From a virus (lineage: Duplodnaviria; Heunggongvirae; Uroviricota; Caudoviricetes), in IMG/VR virus record IMGVR_UViG_3300031949_000001, positions 155,305 to 219,304 of that record: 64,000 nt of DNA; one strand, given 5' to 3'. The notes below the pieces were generated by a model. That model saw only the letters and a program-made list of their open reading frames with translations. It was not told the origin of the DNA and searched no databases. The position numbers and the translations under genes are program-made. Below are positions 36,538-44,030 of this stretch, piece by piece (positions within the stretch are counted from its first letter, which is position 1; the number at the start of each line of letters is the position of its first letter).

Positions 36538-37238
36538 GACTCGAACAAGACATTATAGATTGTCTAAAGAACATCGTTGATGCAGCCGGGGTAGCAAAGC
36601 TTCTGAATGTATCGGTAGAAAAAGGTATCATTCGAGGTATTGACGAAAGTAAGCGCGTCATTGTTTGGCAGGACCAAAATGTGCCAACGCTTCCATTTAC
36701 AATGCTTGGCTTGAATAGATTCGACGTTTTGATTCCGAGGTTGAACCTTCTTTACGGACAGCCAAACTTTTCAATTGATGCTACCATATCAGAACGCGAT
36801 TCATGTGTTTCGATTTTGACTATGAAGGTTCCAGGTTCGAAGGTTGATTTTCGGTGTGCAAACCCCAAAACATTAATGCTTCCGAAATCAAGAAACGACA
36901 CAATGGTTTTCCAGGTTCAGATAACCCCGGAAACTGTACAATTTTTAACTCGCAGCGAGGCTGCGATGAAGATGGATTTGGTTACTTTCGTGAGTAATGA
37001 ATCCGGAGTGAGATTCGAAATAGTGGACAACAACGGCGACGTGCTTTCACATACGTTTGCTGAGCAAGTTGAAAACGTCACAGGCGGAAACGATACCACA
37101 TTTGTTGGTCGTTATCCATTACGTGTCGTTCTGTCTCTATTTAAAAAGGCTACAAACGGTATCTTCACCATCGGTCAGAGAGGAATGATGAAGGTAGGCG
37201 TGAGTGGATTAGATTTATACATATTACCCCAAGTTTAA
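36534..37238 (+). CDS. Probable DNA polymerase sliding clamp (gp45-like)
   Basis: 234 aa alpha/beta pattern with C-terminal I.QRGMMKV.V.GLDLYILPQ; located downstream of the DNA polymerase. Confidence 0.65.
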   Translation: MRLEQDIIDCLKNIVDAAGVAKLLNVSVEKGIIRGIDESKRVIVWQDQNVPTLPFTMLGLNRFDVLIPRLNLLYGQPNFSIDATISERDSCVSILTMKVPGSKVDFRCANPKTLMLPKSRNDTMVFQVQITPETVQFLTRSEAAMKMDLVTFVSNESGVRFEIVDNNGDVLSHTFAEQVENVTGGNDTTFVGRYPLRVVLSLFKKATNGIFTIGQRGMMKVGVSGLDLYILPQV

Positions 37239-37248
37239 GGAGAACAAA

Positions 37249-38337
37249 ATGAGTCAGATGAAAGTTTATATGGGCATTAGCCGCGATCACAGTGGGTCCA
37301 TGAGTACCATTGCAAAAGCTGCCGCTCGCGATTACAACACAACAATCGAGCAAATCAAGGTAGCAGCCGAGAAAGAAAAGATTGACACTATCGTAACCGT
37401 TATCAAATGCGGTATACGAGCAGAATGGAATGAAGTTGGTTATGGACGTGGACATGGAATTAATGTGAAAGAATCCGTTAACTCAAGTATCTCCGTTCTA
37501 AAGCCGTTGAAGGAAAGTGAATATAAGGCGAATGGTCAGTCAACCCCACTATTCGACAGCGTCGGTGAATTGATTACGATCCTTGAAAACGTGCCAGATG
37601 CAAGCGATCCAGAAGTTACATTCTTGGTGCAAGTCGTCACCGATGGTGAAGATAATGATTCCCATATATGGACTGCTAGAAGTCTAAGCGACAAGATCAG
37701 AAAGCTTCAAGCGACTGACCGTTGGACATTTGTTTTCCGTGTTCCACGTGGTTACAAGAACCAACTCGAAGGATTTGGTATTCCAGGTGGAAATATTTTC
37801 GAATGGGAACAATCAGAACGTGGTATCCAAGTATCCACACAAGCTACACAGCAAGGTTATTCGAACTACTACTCAGGGCGTAGTACCGGTCAGCGTTCTA
37901 CTCAAACCTTCTACACCGATATTAAGGATGTTTCGATTTCTACAATCAAGGCAACCCTAGACAATATTTCCGGTCAAGTCAAATTCTGGACAGTCAACAC
38001 ACCAGAAGAAGGTGCATCGATTCGTGGTTTCTGTCAGAAGAAGCTTGGACGTGGCAAGGATATGAAGAAAGGTGCTGCCTTTTACCAATTGAACAAAACA
38101 GAAGCTGTTCAAGATTATAAACAGATAGCAATTGTCGATAAGACAACAACGGCGGTCTACAGCGGACCAGCAGCCCGTGATTTATTGGGTCTTCCTCAGT
38201 TTGGCGAAGCAAAGGTTGCTCCGGGTGAGCACGGTCAATATGATATTTTTATCCAGTCTACTTCCGTAAACCGCAAGCTTCTTCAAGGCACCAAGGTTAT
38301 GTATTGGGATGCAGTAGGCGTATCGTACAAGAGCTAA
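37249..38337 (+). CDS. von Willebrand factor A domain protein with a C-terminal beta domain
   Basis: MIDAS-like RDHSGSM, TPLFDSVG, VVTDGEDNDS. Confidence 0.8.
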   Translation: MSQMKVYMGISRDHSGSMSTIAKAAARDYNTTIEQIKVAAEKEKIDTIVTVIKCGIRAEWNEVGYGRGHGINVKESVNSSISVLKPLKESEYKANGQSTPLFDSVGELITILENVPDASDPEVTFLVQVVTDGEDNDSHIWTARSLSDKIRKLQATDRWTFVFRVPRGYKNQLEGFGIPGGNIFEWEQSERGIQVSTQATQQGYSNYYSGRSTGQRSTQTFYTDIKDVSISTIKATLDNISGQVKFWTVNTPEEGASIRGFCQKKLGRGKDMKKGAAFYQLNKTEAVQDYKQIAIVDKTTTAVYSGPAARDLLGLPQFGEAKVAPGEHGQYDIFIQSTSVNRKLLQGTKVMYWDAVGVSYKS

Positions 38338-38371
38338 AATACTCGCTAAATAATGCGAGGAGGAATATAAC

Positions 38372-38674
38372 ATGCTCAAAGGAATAAAGAAAGCACTCCA
38401 TGATTGGACCGCAGATGTTCAAGTGGAGAAGGTGGAAACTAATAATAAAGACAAAGATGGTGATGAACCTTGGGTCGAAGTCGTCAGTGACGGCATCGAT
38501 CCGCTTAAGGGTCTTCATATGAAGTTGGATTGGAATGACCATTTCATCGTTTACTTGCGCACAAGCGGATACACTGGCGCGTCTGATGAAACTGTCGTAG
38601 GAAAGTGGCTTGTTGACCTGTACAAACATATTTCCGATCAATTGGAAACCACCCAACGAAATGCCTTTGAATAG
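38372..38674 (+). CDS. Conserved-looking phage hypothetical protein
   Basis: Strong SD GAGGAGG; EPWV...LDWNDHFIVYLR..GY.G..DE.VV.KW. Confidence 0.7.
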   Translation: MLKGIKKALHDWTADVQVEKVETNNKDKDGDEPWVEVVSDGIDPLKGLHMKLDWNDHFIVYLRTSGYTGASDETVVGKWLVDLYKHISDQLETTQRNAFE

Positions 38675-38737
38675 GCACAAGTAAGACGTGCTCAGCCGCA
38701 TAGTAGCTGTGACGAAACTACACAAAGAAAATAAAAA

Positions 38738-39667
38738 ATGGAAATTGATGTAACGCAGAAGCACTACATGATCGTAGATGTTTCAAACCTGCTTCATCGT
38801 ACTTTTTATGTTCATACCCAAGAGGAGTTTAACCTCATAACGGCTATGGCATATAAATCAACGTTCATAACGTTGAACAAGTATTACAAAGATTTCAAAC
38901 CTAATAGGATTGTTCTAGCCTTTGATGATCATAACAACTGGCGTAAAAAGTACACAGCCAGCGGGGAATGTGTTACCAAACGTCAATACAAAGGCAATCG
39001 CCGGCAGAATCTAACTCCTAAACAGCACGAACAATATGTTCTTTTCTTGCACTTCATTGATGATTTCGAAGAATTGCTAAAGAAACACACGAGCATTGTT
39101 TGTATCAAAGGGAAAGAGCTTGAAGCTGATGATGTTATTGCAGGCTTCACTGAAGCTTTTGCGGAAGAACATAAGGTAACAATTTTATCTCAAGACAAGG
39201 ACTTCTATCAGCTTCTCCGCAATCCGAACGTTCAAGTCTGTGATCCGGCTACAAAAAAGATAACAACTCGTGAAGATATTGATGTTGAATATTTGTTGTT
39301 CGAGAAGTTCTTTCGTGGAGACGGTACGGATAATGTTCAGAATGCATATCCTGGCGTTAGTACAAAACGAATCCAAAAGGCTTTTACTGATAAGTTTGAA
39401 CTAGCAAACATGCTTCAACACACATGGAAAGATCCAAAAGATTTGACAACTTATCGGGTGAAAGACCTTTTCGAAGAGAATAAACTCCTTATGGATTTAT
39501 CCAAGCAACCAGAACATATTAGAGATCGCATCTTTGAAGCCATTGAAGAGGCTTTCATGAACCAATCTAAATATTCCCATTTCGATTTCCTTAGATTTCT
39601 CGGGAAATACGACCTTAAGGAAGTCTCAAAGAACGTCGAGAATTTAATCCCGCTTCTAAGCCATTAG
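38738..39667 (+). CDS. rnh: 5'-3' exonuclease / T4 RNase H (FEN-like)
   Basis: IVDVSN, LAFD, YKGNR, LEADDVI, SQDKDFYQL, GDGTDNV. Confidence 0.9.
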   Translation: MEIDVTQKHYMIVDVSNLLHRTFYVHTQEEFNLITAMAYKSTFITLNKYYKDFKPNRIVLAFDDHNNWRKKYTASGECVTKRQYKGNRRQNLTPKQHEQYVLFLHFIDDFEELLKKHTSIVCIKGKELEADDVIAGFTEAFAEEHKVTILSQDKDFYQLLRNPNVQVCDPATKKITTREDIDVEYLLFEKFFRGDGTDNVQNAYPGVSTKRIQKAFTDKFELANMLQHTWKDPKDLTTYRVKDLFEENKLLMDLSKQPEHIRDRIFEAIEEAFMNQSKYSHFDFLRFLGKYDLKEVSKNVENLIPLLSH

Positions 39668-40122
39668 CCAGGAGGAGGCGCGAAAGTTTTATTCTCTTCC
39701 ACTGGTGGTGGTACATCTGGTGGCGGATTAGTAGTTGGTGTTGTTTTCTTTGTAAGACCCCATCCAGTACCACCGAGTAGATACGTCAAATAGATACCGA
39801 AAATATCTAAGGTCAACTTTTCCTTATCCGTTAAAGAAACCACAACCCATGTGGCTACGATCATACCAATTAAATATCCAAGCTTGTATGGGCTTGTTTT
39901 TTTGGTATCCGAATCAATAATCAACTCTTCCCAAGAAACAGAACTGTTAGGATCGTGATTAGCTCGGACGAAAACAATAACAAAGAAGGCAATGATTGCT
40001 AAAAGAAACCAAGTAGCTCCGGTGAATGGTATTAAATTAAATGTGTTGATGATGGCTGTTATTGCGGTATCTACCATATTTTCGTCGCCTTTAGGTCTGG
40101 ACATAAGTCCATCGGTATCCAC
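39664..40122 (-). CDS. Three-TM membrane protein, holin candidate
   Basis: Three hydrophobic segments and a charged/Pro-rich tail; late promoter at 40146-40153. Start uncertain (40077, 40104 or 40122). Confidence 0.5.
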   Translation of the reverse strand: MDTDGLMSRPKGDENMVDTAITAIINTFNLIPFTGATWFLLAIIAFFVIVFVRANHDPNSSVSWEELIIDSDTKKTSPYKLGYLIGMIVATWVVVSLTDKEKLTLDIFGIYLTYLLGGTGWGLTKKTTPTTNPPPDVPPPVEENKTFAPPPG

Positions 40123-40139
40123 CGATATTGATAATAGGT

Positions 40140-40153
40140 ACTAAATATTTATG
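40140..40153. promoter_or_regulatory. Overlapping divergent late promoters on the palindrome TAAATATTTA
   Basis: ACTAAATA (+, 40140-40147) and CATAAATA (-, 40146-40153). Confidence 0.6.
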
Positions 40154-40173
40154 TTCAAATAGGAAAAATCCCG

Positions 40174-41196
40174 ATGCCAAATGTAACAAGAGTGAGCGAT
40201 CCATATGATGATGGTGATTTCCAAGCTATAGGCTCGGGTAGCGTCTTTGTTAATGGTCTACCAATTGCTAGGTTAAATGATTTAACAACTGGTCATGGAT
40301 GTTGGCCACCGGCTCAAATCCAAACTGCTTCACGAACTGTATTTGCTGATAACATCCCGATCAGTCGTGTTGGAGACCTTCACATCATTCATTGTTGCCC
40401 TAATGATTCTTGCCATCCAGGATCGTTTCTAGCGGGTTCTCCGAATGTTTTTGCAGATGATGGCATTCCAGGTTCCCAACCCGGTATTTCCTTCCCTGAA
40501 GCCGTTATGAAGCTTCAGGATGAAGAGCCAGAAATCGTCCCTCTTGCACCAACTGATCCTCGACAACTTAACAAGAACGTAGCCTACAAGACAGAATTTG
40601 GTCCGAATTTCGTTTTTGATAATAATAATCCTCCACCAGTCTTGGATATCAACCCTCCAGTAAATAAACCGACCATTCCATCGGATTGTGTTGAAATCTT
40701 TACTCATGTGGGTCAGTTTAATGGTGATTTTAAACTATCAACGAATTTCACCTTGGCTGACTTAACAACGGATACAGTTGTAAGCAACTATCGATTACGC
40801 TCTCAAGCTGGTCTAACCGAAGCGGAAATTGTGTGTAATCTGCGGAAATTGTGTGTAAACGTTTTGGAGCCATTGCTCAACACATATGGAAGTATTCAAA
40901 TCAACTCTGGATTTCGCCATGCGGGAAATGGAGCCACAAACAGCCAACACTTCTTGGGACAAGCCGCCGACATTACTTTCGCGAACTTACGGACATCGGA
41001 TGATTTCAATAATAGAGCCGAAGCACTTAAGAATACCGGATTGTATGACCAAATGATCTTTGAACAAAACAAACAAACAGCACCTTCTACGTGGTATCAC
41101 ATGTCGTACAAGGATGACAAGAGAGGACAGGTTTTAACGAAAAAGGCATTTTCTAATGTTTACCTTTCTGGTCTGTATAGATTGACGGTGGGATAA
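40174..41196 (+). CDS. PAAR spike-tip protein (gp5.4-like) fused to an M15 Zn-peptidase
   Basis: PAAR: SVFVNGLPIARLND...HGC...PISRVGD...HCC...CH...GSPNVFA. Peptidase: LSTNFTLADLT, INSGFR, SQHFLGQAAD, WYHMSY. Confidence 0.88.
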   Translation: MPNVTRVSDPYDDGDFQAIGSGSVFVNGLPIARLNDLTTGHGCWPPAQIQTASRTVFADNIPISRVGDLHIIHCCPNDSCHPGSFLAGSPNVFADDGIPGSQPGISFPEAVMKLQDEEPEIVPLAPTDPRQLNKNVAYKTEFGPNFVFDNNNPPPVLDINPPVNKPTIPSDCVEIFTHVGQFNGDFKLSTNFTLADLTTDTVVSNYRLRSQAGLTEAEIVCNLRKLCVNVLEPLLNTYGSIQINSGFRHAGNGATNSQHFLGQAADITFANLRTSDDFNNRAEALKNTGLYDQMIFEQNKQTAPSTWYHMSYKDDKRGQVLTKKAFSNVYLSGLYRLTVG

Positions 41197-41849
41197 TGAG
41201 CTTTACCCCTACCTTTTTCCAACCAGGAGTCACCCCTTGTGATTTACCGGTTACAGATGAAACTAAAGCAAGGCTTCAAATCGGCGGGACATTCTTTCGA
41301 AGTCGAGCTACTGGAAATGCAACGAACTTAATCTATATTCAAGGTAATTTGGTTTCAACCGGTCCATTCACATTTAACTATGTGTTGACTGCTGTTCAAA
41401 AAGATCCCCAAACATTTGCAAATGTGATAACAGAGACATTTAGTGTAAAATACGAAAATACACCAAATCTTCCGACAGTCTCACCACCAGGACCACCACA
41501 GTTTCCTACGATATTAGCCGACTCATCACCATCTATCATACAACTGCGAGCCCGTGTTAACGAACGAAGCCAAATAATAGAAATGCCAACACCTGGACAA
41601 GATTATCTTTTTATAAATAATTTCGACAACAACGTTCTTTCTGTAATCGCCGAAACCCCTCTGCGTGGTGGTAACGGCGCTCCAATTCCACCAGACCCAG
41701 CATTTTTTGCTATTAGAACCGGACCAGCATTTCTTCTGAGTTATATTGTGCGTAGAGACGCAGGATATGCCTTGATTGAGATCAATCAACTCCAGGCTTG
41801 GAATGGAACATCATGGCAACCATATTCTAGTGTTTCTGCAATAGGTTGA
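41196..41849 (+). CDS. Hypothetical protein, probably virion-associated
   Basis: 217 aa, Pro/Thr/Asn-rich, coupled to the PAAR gene (TAATG overlap). Confidence 0.6.
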   Translation: MSFTPTFFQPGVTPCDLPVTDETKARLQIGGTFFRSRATGNATNLIYIQGNLVSTGPFTFNYVLTAVQKDPQTFANVITETFSVKYENTPNLPTVSPPGPPQFPTILADSSPSIIQLRARVNERSQIIEMPTPGQDYLFINNFDNNVLSVIAETPLRGGNGAPIPPDPAFFAIRTGPAFLLSYIVRRDAGYALIEINQLQAWNGTSWQPYSSVSAIG

Positions 41850-41872
41850 TTTGCATGTCTGATTTTTGGCTA

Positions 41873-41880
41873 TATAAATA
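41873..41880 (+). promoter_or_regulatory. T4-type late promoter, exact TATAAATA
   Basis: Upstream of 41915. Confidence 0.7.
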
Positions 41881-41914
41881 ACCGTGTAATAACAAATTTT
41901 AAGGAGTTACGACA

Positions 41915-42337
41915 ATGGCACAACAATCACAGAATCAACAGCCGGTCACAACGATCCGTGCTTTCCGAGGCGCATACCCACACGTATTTTGGCTTGACCT
42001 AGAAGGCAATGGTTCTTTGACAGAATGCGCTGTTATGAAGATTTTCCCAAACGGCGACATTAACTACATCCCACTAGCTCAACTAGACAACGTTGACAAG
42101 GAGCGTATGCTCAAGATCATCAATAACCGTAATGCGCCTATGTATGAACTATGGGATTTGATGGGACAGATTACGCTAGGTAATGGTAAGAACGCTTTAG
42201 AATATTTCAGCCAGCTAGTTCGTGCCAAGACTGCCAGCGGTGTCGATATTCCAGTTGGTGCAGGACGTATGGGTGTTCCGCTTCACTTGCTACGTGCTTC
42301 TCCTCGTGCCGATCACGTTCAGCCAGTTCAACAGTAA
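41915..42337 (+). CDS. Conserved-looking phage hypothetical protein
   Basis: SD AAGGAG; TATAAATA at 41873-41880. Confidence 0.75.
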   Translation: MAQQSQNQQPVTTIRAFRGAYPHVFWLDLEGNGSLTECAVMKIFPNGDINYIPLAQLDNVDKERMLKIINNRNAPMYELWDLMGQITLGNGKNALEYFSQLVRAKTASGVDIPVGAGRMGVPLHLLRASPRADHVQPVQQ

Positions 42338-42522
42338 TGGATAGTATCAAAGACGAGAAGCGCTTGAAACAACAAGCGCTTCTTGATGATGCAATCATTA
42401 TCTACAAACTTGATTGTAGATGTGGCGGTAAACATGAGATTTTAATTCCTCAGGAATTAAATCAAGATCCTTACAATCCCTATTCAATAGTAGAAGATTT
42501 CTTTTTTCCAGCTACTAGATAA
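42337..42522 (+). CDS. Small hypothetical protein (CxC...H)
   Basis: TAATG overlap with the upstream gene; followed by a terminator. Confidence 0.5.
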   Translation: MDSIKDEKRLKQQALLDDAIIIYKLDCRCGGKHEILIPQELNQDPYNPYSIVEDFFFPATR

Positions 42523-42535
42523 AGCTTACAAAAAC

Positions 42536-42560
42536 AAAAGCCCGCGACAGCGGGCTTTTT
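42536..42560. terminator. Bidirectional intrinsic terminator between convergent units
   Basis: AAAAGCCCGC-GACA-GCGGGCTTTTT. Confidence 0.9.
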
Positions 42561-42577
42561 CATTTGGTACTTCCCGA

Positions 42578-43711
42578 TTAGAAGCTGCTTCTAGCGACAG
42601 ATATGGTCAAAGTATAAAGAATTGTCAAAGTTCTATTTGCTGACTTCAAAACTGGTGAAAATATAATATGCGTCAACATTCTAAATGCTTCTTGTGATGG
42701 ATCTGTTGGATTGTTCTGCAAACCGGCAGGTTCTCCGTTCACTGCTGGGAAGAAGGAAACGAATGCGTTTAAGTTCGGAAAAAACTGAAGATGTAAAGGT
42801 GGTAAAATTGAAGCATTTGCAAGGGCTATTGTGCTGCCGCTACCGGCAGTGGCGCTTGTGACTCGTAAATTACCGAAGGTATTTGTTGTTGGTGGATCGT
42901 TGTCGATACTTGCTAGCGCTGCTGGACCAATTTGAGCATTGATTAAGGTAATAACATCGCTGTAAGTAATGGCTCCTAGTGGACCAGAGCCTGCTGCTGG
43001 TGTGGTAAAGGTCTTGTTGATTGCACCGCCACCATCAATATTGATGCTAAAATCATATGCCGTACTGCCTAACAAACCAGAATCATCCGTTGCATCGCGA
43101 GTAGAAACGTTGACATCCTGATAACCTTGGGTAGTAGTCTGAGCCAACCCGGCTGTAAACAAACCAATTTCATCAAAAACGAACGTTCCTTCGTTGGATA
43201 GAACGTTTGGTGGACCGACCGTATCTGTTAGGAATTCACCCGTAGGTTCGGAAGGATTCAATACACATTCGATCAGAACCTGAGTCGTTAAACCCAATTC
43301 TGTGCTACGAACACCGGGTCCAGAGACCCATGGGACAAAAGGAGGATCGTCCGAAGGTACTGCACCTGGACCCGAACCCATTGCTCCATGTGTTTGTTGT
43401 GGATCAACAATTTCGGAATAAACTTCATTGTATAAAGCGGACTTCCATGTCTGAGGATCAGGCGCCTGACCGTCGTTCGGCGTTTTGTACGTAATCATAT
43501 TATTGGAGGAAACAATGGTTCCCCCATTTCCGAAAGCCATTCGATTAATGTAGAAGTTATCTAGCTGGTGGGCGAAGGCACGACCGATAATTCTAGCCAT
43601 GTTCTGTGGATGAACAGCATTGTGTTTATCAACATAAACTTTTTTAAGATCATCTTGGATAAAAAGATGACCATCAATGTGAACTGGTATGGCGGTAAAA
43701 GGTTGACTCAT
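42578..43711 (-). CDS. Virion structural protein (baseplate/fibre-attachment region)
   Basis: Late promoter at 43738; FDEIGLF and HIIFSPVLKSANRTL..YTLTI motifs; carries one copy of the module repeated in gp6. Confidence 0.6.
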   Translation of the reverse strand: MSQPFTAIPVHIDGHLFIQDDLKKVYVDKHNAVHPQNMARIIGRAFAHQLDNFYINRMAFGNGGTIVSSNNMITYKTPNDGQAPDPQTWKSALYNEVYSEIVDPQQTHGAMGSGPGAVPSDDPPFVPWVSGPGVRSTELGLTTQVLIECVLNPSEPTGEFLTDTVGPPNVLSNEGTFVFDEIGLFTAGLAQTTTQGYQDVNVSTRDATDDSGLLGSTAYDFSINIDGGGAINKTFTTPAAGSGPLGAITYSDVITLINAQIGPAALASIDNDPPTTNTFGNLRVTSATAGSGSTIALANASILPPLHLQFFPNLNAFVSFFPAVNGEPAGLQNNPTDPSQEAFRMLTHIIFSPVLKSANRTLTILYTLTISVARSSF

Positions 43712-43737
43712 AGTTTTCTCCGAGAAACTCTTTTTTG

Positions 43738-43745
43738 TATTTATG
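43738..43745 (-). promoter_or_regulatory. T4-type late promoter (377-aa protein)
   Basis: CATAAATA upstream of 43711. Confidence 0.7.
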
Positions 43746-43747
43746 GA

Positions 43748-43999
43748 TTAATCACCACTAACATTATTGCCTAGCATGCGACGAACTGAAGTCGTGAGTT
43801 GTTTTATGGCATTGTTGAAGGTAACTGGTTCAACCATGATTTTTCCAAGGTCGTAATCCGAAACAAATTCCTCAGGCACGTCTTTGAAGACGAAAATACC
43901 TTTGTTGGAATCTCCCTTCTTGATAGAGTCAAGCATGTGCCCGTTTATCTTCAGGCATGCCGCTAAAATAATATCTGTTGTCTTATAAATATCGTACAT
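43748..43999 (-). CDS. Small hypothetical protein (DUF5659-like pattern)
   Basis: YKTTDIILAACL...G..L.......KGIFVF; start 43999 with AAGGAG; TATAAATA at 44019-44026. Confidence 0.6.
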   Translation of the reverse strand: MYDIYKTTDIILAACLKINGHMLDSIKKGDSNKGIFVFKDVPEEFVSDYDLGKIMVEPVTFNNAIKQLTTSVRRMLGNNVSGD

Positions 44000-44018
44000 T
44001 TTTTCTACTCCTTTCAAG

Positions 44019-44026
44019 TATTTATA
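44019..44026 (-). promoter_or_regulatory. T4-type late promoter, exact TATAAATA
   Basis: Upstream of 43999. Confidence 0.7.
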
Positions 44027-44030
44027 TCAA

